Source of the DNA: Isurus oxyrinchus
Taxonomy: Eukaryota
Direction: 5' to 3'
DNA length: 64,000 nucleotides
Assembly (NCBI GenBank): GCA_026770705.1
Contig: JANJGN010000023.1
Span: forward strand, 8,990,001 to 9,054,000
The notes beneath the pieces were generated by a model, which saw only the letters and a program-made list of their open reading frames with translations, was not told where the DNA came from and did not search any database. Position numbers and translations under genes: made by a program. Below, one piece after another: positions 24,213 through 37,547 of this stretch (position 1 is its first letter; every line of letters starts with the position of its first letter).

Positions 24213-25499
24213 CTAGGGAGGGAACATACACACACGGTGAGGACTCTGGGTGAGATAATGTATTCGGCTGACAGATGCCCTTGGCCAATGAGGTGCGACT
24301 TCTGGTCCGATGATTGTCAAAGACAAATCTAAAGCTATTATTTTGCCACTCGGTTTCGAGTTCACAAGGAAATGATGTTTGGCAGGCCCGAAAAACACCG
24401 AGCTCGTTATTCCTACCTGACTTTGGTCAGGTTTGCTAAATTTGTAATCAAGGTATAAGCAGCTTTACTTTTAAGAACATGGCGCCTATGAATAAAGATA
24501 TCCATTATTGTTCTGCACCTTGTTCAACCAACCGAGCTCACTGCAGCAGCTGTCAAAGGTCAATAATATCGCACCTTCACTAGAGGCACCTGTGACTCTG
24601 TGCTGAGAGTTACTGAACACTAATTAAAACATGTTCTTTTCAAGATTGGAGTTGAAAAAAAAACCCAGATAAACGTGAGGGTAAATGTACACACGCACTA
24701 TTTTCAAAAGGAAACATTGTACAAGGTCCCAGAACAAATTAAAACCAATCTGGAGAATTGTATGGTCAACAAATGAACAGGAAGCACATTTTTGAATCTC
24801 TCTCTCGTCCGCTCTCACTGTTCCTGACACCATTTACACACGGTGAAGACAAACTGCTTTGTAATTAGCAAACGTGCGCTTCGTTTAGATCAGATAGTAA
24901 CAGTGATTTGAGATTGTAACTTGTTTATAACACAATAGAGGGCTGTGGTTAATGTTTGATTTTGGGATATGACCAGCGCCTTGCACGAATATAGCCGGAA
25001 AATTACATACATGGAATTGCATAGTTTAATAAATCGTTGCAATGGGTAGACACCTGTACTTCCGGCAAAGGGACAAGGGAACCCAATGGCAATGCTCAAA
25101 AGGGAAAAGTGCTGTCCAACTGTAGAGGCACTATCCACAACTTCGCTGCCTCGTTAGGATCAGGAAGCTTACAATGGAGGACTGAATTTGCGTTACGTTC
25201 AAACGTTGCAAGGTATTGCTTTTTAGACAAAGTGAACAAGGAAATAATAGACTGGAGGCCAAGAATCGATTCAGCGTTTGGCAACATTGAACACTGTAAC
25301 TGAAGTAGTGGAGAAACAGTTCAGCCACTAGTCACAATTGTTTCAAACCCATAAAAAAGCCCTCAAAAAGACTCAGTGCCGTTTTTACTAAATGCCTCTA
25401 GCATCTTAGCAACTCCATAATCTAAATCTAGCCATTATTTCCATTAAACATTACAATTTGGTTCAATAGTTCAGACAAAAGCACTGCTAAGGAAATTAC

Positions 25500-25542
25500 C
25501 TTGTCTGTGTCTTCAGTCTGTGGGGCTTCTTTCTTTTCTGAT
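25500..25542 (-). CDS. pcgf2: PCGF2 coding exon 6 (variable linker)
   Basis: ttttgccctag|(K)SEKKEAPQTEDTDK|gtaatt; 43 nt, joins the phase-2 end of exon 5 to the phase-0 start of exon 7; poorly conserved sequence. Confidence 0.85.
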
Positions 25543-26334
25543 CTAGGGCAAAACAAACAGGGACAGTTTGGGTTGACATTTTTTTCAACAAAATAGGGAG
25601 ATTTCAGAAACACTCCATTGTCGGTAAAGCGCTTTGAAAAATCCAGAAAAGTGCGAAAGAAATGCAAGCCCACCCTTTAATTAATTACAAGGTCATTACC
25701 TCTCATTCGATGTATAACCCCTTACTAACAGAAGAGAGAACTCGCTAACTTTCTCATGGTTTGTGGAGTCGCCTATTGTGTTCGGTTACTGTACCCTCGT
25801 CTCTCCCTAAAATAGTAACTGGAATGTTTCACACCTTTTCGAAAACAAAGGGAAGTTCGGCTCTTCAGAAACCACAGAGCAAAATAAATGGAATTTGTGT
25901 TAATTTGGGTAGAAACCCTATTGCCGTTGTTCGATGTACTTAATCTCCAATATCCTGCCTTTCTGGCGAATGAAGGAGAAAATCGTAAAATGAAAAACTC
26001 TCAGCGGAAATCTAAGTGTCCTTGGGCTGTGAGGGACCGGGAAATAAATAGCCTGCAGTGTTAATTAAATATATAATTTGTAAAGGAAAATAGTGACTGG
26101 AATAGAATCGATGAACGTGCAAATCCGGCAGTTTCGCCAAACTCTTGTAACTCACTTTCAATAATTCCCTGCACCTAAATACAGTGATTGTGACAGCACT
26201 TGTAAAAGTATGCATCGATGTTACGATATTTTCTAATTATGTCTACATTAATCTACAGTAACAATTAATTAACAAATAGATATTTGAAGATGCATTGACT
26301 CAGGTGAATGCAGAAGATTCCCTGGTAGGAGTCA

Positions 26335-26556
26335 GAGAAGAACAGAGTTCTCTCTCATGTCCTGTCCAATATTCATCCCTCAACCAACATTACCAACACA
26401 TTGCGCTGGTCATTGTCAAGCTGCTGTTTGTATGATCATGTTGAATGCAAATTCATGCGTTTCCCGACATTATAACAGTGACTACCCCTTCAAAAGTACT
26501 TCATTACCTTTGTCCTGAGGCAAGGAAATGTGCTACGTAAATGCAGCTTCTTTCTT
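26335..26556 (+). mobile_element. Deu-domain SINE 3' half (intronic)
   Basis: gtcctgtccaatattcatccctcaaccaacat...acattataacagtgactac...aaagtacttcatt...gctacgtaaatgcagcttctttc. Confidence 0.8.
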
Positions 26557-27096
26557 TCTACTGAATTACCGTGAAAGGGGTTCTTATACAAACCTTACAT
26601 CTAATGTAAGGTGGCGTAGCCTGGTACAAATGCAACAGTTCCAATTATATAACATTAGAAATATGTTGGGACACAGGATAGACCAATTATTATCATGCAA
26701 GACCACTGCCCACCCATTTTAAACAAGGAGAGTCGCAAACAGGCTATTGAGGCTAATAGATTGCAGCCTATGTGGTGACCAAGGCAAATAAAATTTAAAA
26801 ATTGGGTGGGTATCTTTCATCAGATACCTCACAGCATCAGCATACTTTGCTTGTATTCCAACGTTTGAATTGTAACTCTTTTTCCTGTCATTTATAGGTC
26901 TGTCACTATACCGAAGGTTCTGTGGGTCTCTGGTTACTTGTTGAACGGTGTCAGTGTCACAATAATTCAAAGGGATAAATGTGCTTTTGTTCTGTAAATG
27001 TCAGTGTAAAGCTATGAAAATTCATATTGCTGTTAATCCAGAAGATAATACTAGAGGGCGATTCAAATTAAAGGGAATAAACGTAATTCAACTTAC

Positions 27097-27205
27097 TTGT
27101 TGCCTTCATAAAACTCTAAAGACAAACTAATGATTTCATCGTCTGTAATAATTCTTTTCTCTTCTTCTGTGACTTCCCCACGGTCTTCGTTTGAACCATT
27201 CGTGA
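27097..27205 (-). CDS. pcgf2: PCGF2 coding exon 5
   Basis: ccccacacag|(V)[35 protein letters not shown](K)|gtaagt; 109 nt. Confidence 0.96.
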
Positions 27206-27875
27206 CTGTGTGGGGAGGAAGCAAAAACACATAAATGCTCAGCCATATACTGTAAGTTATAGTTACTGGGAAGATGCAGAACCCCTGTCAATTCCATTAC
27301 TTGACCCCAAGTTTAGAGAAACTCAAATATTTGGATATTAAAAATCAAACAAGAAGGACGATACATTCTCTGTTATCCTGTCATTGCAATTCCTCCTTAA
27401 CACAACATCCTCTGTAGATTGACAGCTAAGAAGAGCGGTTTATTTGAGGCCCCAGTGACCTACTTGGTTTCTGGGAAGAAGGTTTTTTTTAAAAAGAGAA
27501 ACGTTTAAAAACGAACCACTAAATATAACATTAAATATTTCAAATTACAGGCAGAGTTATTCTGTAGAATGTTTGTCTGCATAGTTTGCGGAGCACTGTA
27601 TTTGTTTGGGGACAGATTGAATAGGAAACTGACTTTTATGTGACCGCATCAACTAATATCGGAGCTGTCACATCCGCAGCGCAACGCAAGTGTAGGACAA
27701 TCATTTCGCGTTTATGAATTGCAAGTAGATGTTTACCGATTTATGTTTCCACAATTAGATTGAAGTTGACCATGTAGTTTGGAGATCTAAGGGGGCGGGG
27801 AAGTAATGTTTGGTTCTCAAGGCAGTATCAGATTTGCAGCCAACCATAATCCCCTATTTTCAAATAAACATTTAC

Positions 27876-27926
27876 CATCTGCTGAGGGATGGGCCGCGTA
27901 GAAGTCTCTCCGCCTCTTCATCTCAT
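27876..27926 (-). CDS. pcgf2: PCGF2 coding exon 4
   Basis: tttcttttgcag|(D)EMKRRRDFYAAHPSAD(V)|gtaaat; 51 nt; includes the KRRR basic motif. Confidence 0.96.
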
Positions 27927-28025
27927 CTGCAAAAGAAACAAAACCAGCAGAACACATTTAGGTCCAACATGCGCACAAGCGACCTGTTTTAAAAATGAAG
28001 GTAAGATGAAGGAAAGGGTGCCTAC

Positions 28026-28081
28026 CTTTAAAAAGGCCCGGAACTAATTTATAAACTATGTCTTGTAATGTTTTATCGGCC
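28026..28081 (-). CDS. pcgf2: PCGF2 coding exon 3
   Basis: ctgttccag|(R)[18 protein letters not shown](D)|gtaggc; 56 nt. Confidence 0.96.
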
Positions 28082-28611
28082 CTGGAACAGAGGGAAGGAC
28101 AATGGTTGAAAGTACATAGATGGCGATTCAAAAACACATCAAACATTTGACAAGTTTTCTAATAAACTTGAAGATATGAAATGTCAGAAGCCTTTGCAGC
28201 CCAGTCGATCGCATGGTTTGAGAGAAAATTAAATAAATGCCGCAAGAGGCAAAATATCATTGGTTCTGAGGATGAGCGTGGAAAGAGCAGCTCCCACATA
28301 CCCCATGTGCCGAGTGGTTTCCATCTGTGCCGGTTTTCTTTCGTGATCCTAGGTTAAACTATAACTTTCCACATCTTGCTGTCAATTCTTAAAAGTGTAA
28401 GTCGCCCCTCCGTTAATGGTAACAGGGAGGTTTATAACTCGCCTGTATTTTAAAAATCAGAATCAATGTTTTTTCCTGGACATGTGCTAAGGAATGGTTT
28501 GGATGAATAGACGGGAGTAATCACCCAATTTTTAATTCAGGAAAAGCACCCGAAGATTGATATTCCCAACTGCGGATCCCCGAAGAACAGAAGATGTGAC
28601 AATAGGACTCA

Positions 28612-28719
<108 letters not shown>

Positions 28720-29399
28720 TTAAACAAGAAAAAAGGTAAGGGTTAGATAGACAATTTTATAAACTCGACAGTCTAAAGTATACAGACGTAACTTTAAATG
28801 TTTCTGATCAGTTCCTGTTAATGTTGAAGAGGTTGGCTTACAACTGTTGTATTTATTCCATTTCCTAGGTACTAATATAAAGTCATGTTATTCAGTTTTA
28901 CAGATATCGTCCTATGTTTTTCATCCGAGCAATAGATTAGCAAAATACATTTGAACTTTTCTACTGGTTTATTATTTCGTATGGGCCGGGGAAGCAGTTC
29001 GACATCGAGGTTGACAATCCATTCAACGGCTTCAGCTGACGCAGTGTGAATGGATTCAGGGCAGAGGTTCAGTCTGTGGGCGGCCGTCTCACTCTGAGCT
29101 GTTCCTCATAATCCACTTGTGGAGCAAGTGTCCACATCTTCCCTGGCCCGTCCTCAAAGCGATTGAGGTTTGTCCAGATTTTCCATGGACGGTTGAAGAC
29201 AGTAAAAAAAACCCACTGGAAATTCTTCTACAGGTAGATCGAGCTAGGAATTTGCGGCAGAGCAGCGTGAATAGTATAATACAGAAACCTGGTAGATTTG
29301 AAGTGCAGCGATATGTCGGGTTCATATTGGGGACATTCCTGTTTAAAAAAAAAATCCCCAGGAGTATAGAAACGGGAGGTTCAACTCCTCCGGCCTGTT

Positions 29400-29580
29400 C
29401 CCAGACAATGAGAACGTGGCTGATCAGTTGCTTAACTCCATCTACCCGCCTTGACTACTTAACCCTTAACACCGCTTACCTAACAAAACCCTATCAATCT
29501 CAGCTTTGAAGTTTGCAATTGACCTCCAGCCTCAAATACACTTTAGTGGAGAGAGTTCTACATTTCCACTACCCTCAAGC
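29400..29580 (-). mobile_element. CR1 3' fragment (intronic)
   Basis: gtggctgatcagttgcttaactccatctacccgccttg...ctatcaatctcagctttgaag...gagagagttctacatttccactaccctc is the reverse CR1 tail. Confidence 0.75.
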
Positions 29581-30319
29581 CTCTAATCAAAATTGAGAGG
29601 GAAAGTCCATTGTTGAATCAAATAACCCTTGGTTTAAATTTTGTTCTTTCCAGGGCCATGACGGTCTTCTTGTTTCTGTGTGTCTGAGGTTGTCTGTACC
29701 GATTCCTGATACAGATACAGGCCGCGATTGCTTAAAGTGGTGACAGACTACAGAGCTGTAGTTTGATAGATTTGTTTAGCGGGAAATATAACACATGGAA
29801 ACCGCAAAACTCCCCTACGGCAGCAGTAAAACCAATCCTTGTATCGTTTCTACAAAAACGAAATGATTGCGTAGCGAACGGCTGCCGTCATGACAACCCC
29901 ACGCAAAGCAATGAACCCTGGAGTACCGCAAAGGCGCTAACACTCACTAGCTTTCAGATAAGTTAATAAACTCTTCAAGCTTTGCTCCTACGGTTTATAG
30001 CGTCACCTCAACCCCTCAATGAGCTACTGCTTCGCAACACACGCCAGTTTCTGTTCAATTTACACGTGACGATGGTTTAAAATGCTGACCTTTCAGAAAC
30101 TCGGTTTATTTAATTTATAAATTCATTATCTTTTATAAATTAATTTATCAATGAAGGCTGTCATGTTTGAAGATGTTCTGCGGATATTGAACAAGTCTGG
30201 GTCAAACTTAGAAATATATAAACGCGAACAAGCTGTGATTTAGAAGTCTATGTTGCAGGATGCAGAATACAAATATTGAGTAAGTTAGCTTTGGGAGTTT
30301 TGTAATGCTCCTGTTTGTA

Positions 30320-31260
30320 GTTACCAGGAGGTCTGTTGACATGGTATGTCACGCTCGCCTGTCCTGCGCCATCCTCACACACCCACAGTAGCTCATTTGC
30401 AATCGCTCTGTGACATCCTTCATTCAGCTACGTTTAGGTCCACCCCTTCTTTCTGCTGCCCCCCACTTTGCTCTTTGGAAGAGGTCTCTGTAGCTTTTCA
30501 GCTCTGATCGAATGGCCGAAATATTGTCATTTTCTTTTCCGGGGGTCACTTTTTAGATTTTTTTTCGCTCTTGCAATTTCAAGCACTTCTTCATTTGTCT
30601 GGTGGTCTGTATATGGAATTTTAAGCAAATCTCTCAGCATCCACATTTCAATGGCCTCTATTTCCTTCTACAGATCTTTATCTATTGTCCAGGTTTCAGA
30701 GGCATCAGGACAGTGAATAGAATGTAGGATCTTATGAGTTTTTCCCTTATTATGAGCTTGAGTTTTCTTGTTGTTAACACATTCTTCATCTTCACAAAAT
30801 TACTTTTGGCTGTCTCTATCCTTCTGACTTTGAAATTGCATTTGGAATCTTCTTTTACTATTTGTCCTCAATAGACAAACTTAACTATTTGTTCCAGTGT
30901 GACACCATCCATTTCAATCTTCACTTCAGTTTCTCCTAATGTATTCCCTCTGACTGCCATCGTTTTTGTCTTTTTGATGTTCATTCTTAATCCATATTCT
31001 AAACTTCTAGATTTTACTTGATCTACAAAATTTTGTTGGGCCTCTTCTGATTCTACAAATAATGCTATGTCGTTCAGTATACCACAAGTCTGTTATGTTT
31101 CAGCTTCCAGTTCTTACCCCTGGAAGTACATCTAATTCACTGAATATTTGTTCTGTGTATGGGCTGAATAATTTTGGGGACAATACACAGCCTTATCACA
31201 CTATTCTTCACTTGAAGTATATCTGATTGTTCATCTTCTAGCCTGATGCTCATGTACTCA
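30320..31260 (-). mobile_element. Decayed RTE-clade LINE (RT C-terminal region)
   Basis: The minus strand gives remnants such as YGLRMNIKKTK.M, DGVTLEQI..F..Y.G, RRI.TAK..F.KM and ASETW...IEAIEMW..R..LKIPYT, typical of RTE ORFs. Confidence 0.75.
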
Positions 31261-33812
31261 AAGCAATTTATAACAGTTTTCTACTTCTAGCCTGATGCTC
31301 ACGTACACATGAAGCAATTTATAACCTTTTTATACTTTTTATAATCTGTACCAAAAGAAACTTTTTTATTACAAAAAAAACCCTAAATGTGCAGAACAAG
31401 CTGAATAAGACAGAAGGGTTCAGACACAGATCTCTGTATGTTTTCTTCCTGGTAAAAAATGTAATTTTCATAGTATTAAATGAACATTTTTTGGGGTTTG
31501 ATATAATTCCAGGACAATTAATTATTTTATTTGGAGATATAAGTATTGTGATGTTAACTGTAATTGAGTCTTCATTGGAGAGCAAGTAAATAACAAAGTA
31601 AAGGGGTTTCAAAGGAAAAAAAAATCAATTTGCATTTCCAATTGTGCCTCAAAGTCTACATAGCCAATTAATTACTTTTTAGAGCCTATTCACTGCTGTT
31701 ATGTGGGCAAATATAGAGAAAAATAAATAAACTGCATTTGATTGCAGATAGAACATGCAAAGACAATATTGTGAGGCATTCATCTGATTAAGAGGCTCAG
31801 AAGATCTATATAGAGGATGGGGCACAGCTGGAAGTGTTTGCAGGGATGCAATCTAATCATGGGTTTCAACTTTTTCCCAATGTGTAACACTGGACTTTTG
31901 TGAGCTATTACAAACTTGTAAATTATTTTGGAGTTAAGATTGTTTGCACAGGGGTAAGGTTGGATAGCTGAACTTCTAACTGAATCTGATGGGTTCAGAT
32001 GTTTTTACAAATGCAATAATGGGTAGTTAGTAGATTCAAAATCAGTGCACATTTATTGCACATTTACCATTGCTTACAAGACTCTAATGCAAACTAGGGG
32101 ACCGGGAGGTTTATTAATAAATACCTAGCCTGTCTTACAAACCAGCAATATAATTGAAAGCAAATTAATTACATGAGAATAATAGATGATTGCAAATATT
32201 TTTTATTGTCTAGGATGGCTTTGAAACATTAATGTACTCAAGTGTGTTTATATTGTGGATAGTGGATTTATGAAAGTGGATACAGAACTATTATCCAATC
32301 AAAAGTCTGGAATTCCAAAATGGTCATCTAAATTCTGAGATTCTGACTTCAATTAAAGAACTTGAGGAGATCATTTTTAGTTCTCAGTCTTTTTTTAATT
32401 GCACTGGAAATTGAGGTCAGTGACAATAAGACTGGTTTTGCAGTCCCCATTCTGTTGTATGATGTATGTCTGTAACATAGTAGTCAAGTGTACCAATAAA
32501 TAATTCCAATCAATTGCTGGAATTTGAATTTATGGTAATCAGCCTCTTCTGGATTGATTACAAATAGGGTTTAAGCAATATGAAATAATCTAGCAAATTA
32601 GCAATAAGTGATCAATTGCATTTTCAGCAAAATGGACTCAAGTTACAAGTATAAAACCTTACATACGGAAAACAACTTCATAATTGTTACATAATTAACA
32701 TGTACTTTCCTCAAAAAATTAATTGGACAATTTCTGTTTTAAAAATAGTAATTGTTTGGAGTATATATTTAAAACATACAAGTGGATACAAGTTCTAATT
32801 CCAACAGTATTACCACTGTAAGGCTGAAATATGTTTTAATGAATTTGTGTGATCAAAAAGCTTTAATGAAATTGCAGCAAATCACTCATGATTGAAAACA
32901 ACCTTATAGTAATTACTTTATGTTTTGTCTGTAACTTATGCATTAGCTAGATAGGAACAGATAGAGAAAAGCTGCGAGTTACCTTGTTGGGAGTAGGAGC
33001 TTTAACATAATGCAAGGATTACTATGACCTCAGCAACAAGCTGAACAAAGCTTCAGCTGTTCAGAGACGTCACATGAACCGTCAGATTGAGTTACAGCCT
33101 TTTCCTCTTGCCTAGGTGCACGTTATATTTCAATCAAAGGTACTCGCGCCATTCATGAACCTTGGAGCGAGTTTGAGCAAGGACCAAAGGTCAAAGCTAA
33201 AGGGGCGCTAACGGGTATCACGGCGAAGTAAAACACCTGATTCCACTTGTGACACTCTGACAGTGGCCATTTCCTTGTGAGATGGTGAATAGCGCGAGTA
33301 CAATACTCCTGGGTTCCATCTGGTTCACGATTAGCAGGGTTGCGGGTTTTACTCAGCCACGAACAAAGACACCTACTGATTATCAGGAGGGAATCAGATA
33401 AAGTGATAGGGCCTCGCGTGACAGGGACTGGCCCTGTTACATGTAGTTATTCACCCTCTACTAGCTGAAAACCTAAAGTCACCGTCCGATTGGGTCTATT
33501 AGCGTCGAAAGAAAATAAAAAACAAATATGTTTACATCCTTACAATCAAGCTAAACTCGACTTTTTCCGTGAAGGAGTTATGAAAAGAACCATAGAAAAG
33601 GTGCCAATTGTATGATGTCCTAAATTGTGACTGCAAAAGTACTAAATTTACCATTATGATTCATAACTAAAGAAAAATGCATGGCAGTACAACTGCTGCA
33701 AACGTGTTTCAGAAACTCCTCACTTAACCTTCAAAATGCCATTCACCTGTAGCCGGCTGAAGGATAGTCTGAATAATTAGAAGACATCGACATGGTTTAG
33801 GCTTGAGGCTTA

Positions 33813-34040
<228 letters not shown>

Positions 34041-34938
34041 TCATGTAGAAGTTTAGTAACTCGTTCCAAATAATTCATTTTAATAAAAACACAGAAAGTA
34101 TGACTTTCTAGCATCACTTTCATTTAGATTTCATCAGTAATTTCCCCACTATCGCAATTCCTGAATTCCTAACATGGAGCACAAGGGTTGTTTGAGGAAA
34201 CCGGACTGAGAAGCACGATAAATGAACAAACGCAATTAAATGCCATAAAGAAACTGAGGATTGACTACATTACGATACAATTACTATACAACAACCGCCA
34301 GCTTTACCTCAAATGGGGAGGAAAAGTGGGCAGAAAAAGCCACAGATAAGCCTAAGAGATAAGGTGAAGTAAGCAAAAAGCAGAAGTGTTATTTTCGAGT
34401 CTTTAGAAAAGTATACTGTCACAATAGTTCGTCTACATTTTATGAAATGAACTGGACCCTTAACTGCCATAACATACAACAATCTCAACACAGGATTGGA
34501 ACCCAAGGAGACTGTAATACAACTACTCCTTACATTATGTAGTAATGAGCTGGGTGCCATGCATTATTACAGATGCTAATAGCTGGAAGCTTAGATAATA
34601 CCATGCAAAGCACCCCGCTGTTAATCAGAAAATATGACAGTAAGCAGATATTACAAAAACCGTGAGAAGACAGTATGGTTGAGGGAGGGCGTTACTGTGC
34701 GAACTTATTCTTCTTTGTACCACTAAATTCAGCAAAAGAATGACAAAGTTGTCTTTGAGAAGTTAACGCTTTTCATTATTACATCAGAAAATCAGGTATC
34801 GATCTTCCTTTTGGCAGGTTACACAAGCTCAACTGGCTAACATTTGAAGAGCAACACAATATTCTAAATTAAAATGTTCCAGTCTATAGAATTGTGTTGA
34901 AACTGGAGACGGGCTGAAAGAATTGTTGCTGGCATGCT

Positions 34939-35040
34939 TCAGTTCTGATGAAGAGACATACGGACTCGAAACGTTAACTCTGTCCTCCTCTCCACAGATG
35001 CTCTCAGAACTGCTGAGTTTCTCCAGCAATTTTTTTTCTT
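34939..35040 (+). mobile_element. 102-bp Penelope-derived insertion with a 13-bp TSD (12/13 match)
   Basis: Flanked by TTGCTGGCATGCT (34926-34938) and TTGCTGCCATGCT (35041-35053); body homologous to 13695-13796 and 59767-59866. Confidence 0.85.
34941..34979 (+). ncRNA. Minimal type I hammerhead ribozyme motif (Penelope-type)
   Basis: AGUU-CUGAUGA-A-GAGAC(AUACG)GACUC-GAAA-CG-UU-AACU: stem I AGUU/AACU, intact CUGAUGA and GAAA core, stem II with one mismatch, vestigial palindromic stem III. Confidence 0.7.
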
Positions 35041-37506
35041 TTGCTGCCATGCTGTTCAGTGGAAGAGTAAGCAAGTCCACATTGGAGCATACTCACAATA
35101 TCCCCACGTCTAATGAACAGGCTTATCTCTTCTCCAATATGTTTTAGTGTGGAGCTTTTTATCGTGCTTTGCAGCAAGGCTAAAGTTTAGATTTTGTAAA
35201 ATGCCATTTTAGAAAGCAAACTTATATCTGCAGCATATCTTAGAAAGATTTCACATGGTTGTGAAGAATAGTGTTGGGTAGCTAGCATTTTACAAACAGA
35301 CGTTGAGATTTGTTGAATTTCATCTATCGGTCTTAAGCACTTGGGAAAGACAAAGTTCAACTGGTTTCTTCAGTGCTTGCGACACTCTCTAGTTGAACAA
35401 TTGGAAGTGAAAGAACATGTGCTTTAGCAAGCTGACTCCACATGGGGTATCTGAGGTCCCAATCTTAAACCTTACATCGAATGAGTTACATCGAATCACT
35501 GTCTTACCCTACAACAAACGCCAGCTTTACCTCAAGTGCCATTTTTTTATATGTAGACGCGGTTACCAAGCAACTGTCTTAAAAGGTGGATATAAATAGC
35601 AATGTGTGTATCCAATCCTATACTTAACACATGTCCTCAAACACTCCATCGCATAAAGAGGAGGCCTGGCTACTTTGAAAAGTTGAACATGCTGGAAAAA
35701 TATGAGTCCAAAGCTTGTTTTCCTTTGTAATCAACTGTGCGCATGCCTGTTGGTGTGTGTGGCCTCTAATCATCTCTCAAAAAAGAAAGGGAGTGATTAT
35801 ATGACAGATGAATTGTGCAGTAGGGATCCTCACATGTGATACCTACCCTTAAAACATGAACAGTAGATGTTTTTCTGGGGGATGGGGATGGAGGTGGGGG
35901 TGGGGTGGGGGGGTGGGTGGTGGCAGGTGGGCGCTTGGGTGCTTTCATTGTGAATAAAACAAACTATGTTAGCAACGAGAGCATTCATTCTACTGTTTAG
36001 CATGTGACATACTCGTTCAAATGTAAGAAATATACATCCATCACTCGTTGCTGTTTAGCTTGAATTACTTAAAGCAGGGAGCTCGGCAGCTTTAGACAGA
36101 AGCTTCAGTACCGGTCACAGTGGCAAAGGTGCAATGGGTCCAGGTGCAACCCAGTATGATGCGATCAGCACTGGTAAACGAGAGGCTCCTCTCGAGTCGA
36201 CTCAATGTACCAAATGGCACCGTTTTAAGACCAGGGCGAAAGATGCAGATGGAACGCGCAGGCAAGAGGCACTTCTCAAACTGGGGGAAAACACCGTCAG
36301 CTCTCTTTTGTAGCCTTCTGCACAGTGACTGACATCGATTATGGTAAGGCACTATTGCAATCAGAAAATATCGAGCGCTTACTGCAACAGAGGTCGTGAT
36401 ACAAACTCGCCACTGGATTACCAAGAGAAAGGAGGGGCCGGTATCGCATTTTAGAGGTTATGTAATGCTTTTACGGCATAATTGTCTTTACTTGACTACA
36501 GACATATTTTTAGCGAGCGATTCCAAAACTTTAAGGGGAGGGGAAAGGGCAAAAAAAGGTCTGAAAAGCACAGGCTTATAAATATTCATTCATTTATCAT
36601 ACAGTTGAATTAGATTGTTAATCATATATCACACACGTAGAGAGACAGTATATGAGTTTGAAACCGTCATGGGGACGAGTGAGGCCCCGGGAGTTACAGA
36701 TTTCTGAAAGCAGGTAGCGGATATGTCACATTCTGTCCGAGATCGATTTGTATGGAACCGGTACAGAGAACGGTGCCAGTGAATCGTCTGGGAAAGAATC
36801 TGGTACATGTTGCAAGGAATATGTCAATGAAACACACACATATACACATACATCTGTAAACACCAATGGACACTCCGTTCATACCACATCTCTGCCAATC
36901 TACTCGAGATGTTATTTTCACTTGAGCAAGGTCAGCCTCTTCCGTTCGCAAAGCTGAGCGGCCTTCACCGGGAGCTGGGCGGTTGCCCGGTTACACACAC
37001 AGGTAGTTGCCCACATACTACATCTGACAGATTAGATTGCAGGACCTGCGCGGCGTTTTCAGGGTGGAAGAAACGATTCCGACAGCGAGAATACACATTT
37101 CGATAGCGAGGGAAGGAGACTGCGATGTAAATATACGGGATCGACGCGGGTTGCTGTATTCGATCCCACTATAATCTCGCCTTCTGATTTACCTGTCCGC
37201 TCTTTCCAATCCCCTGGAGCGTACAGTACTAGACCGGGTAAACATACGGTAACCAGTAAACACGATACTCCTGCGCATACTATCTGGGATTTTCCTAATC
37301 CCGTCGTATATACGATCTGCTCTGCAATACATGCACTCGTCCCTTCAGCAGATTGCTGACACCGAATATTTACCAAGCCCCCTCGCTCCTCTCGCTTTCA
37401 CTCACTGTTTTACTTGGAAACCATTCTCTGTCCGTCGATCTTTTTCTACCTCTGTCCGCCTCCCCCCACCACCCCCCAACACGCATCGCCCCCCCCCCCC
37501 TCCCAA

Positions 37507-37547
37507 CACACACCCACACACACACACACACGAGCGCGCGCGCGCGT
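37507..37547. repeat. (CA)n followed by (CG)n alternating purine-pyrimidine tract
   Basis: cacacacccacacacacacacacacgagcgcgcgcgcgcgt seen directly. Confidence 0.9.
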
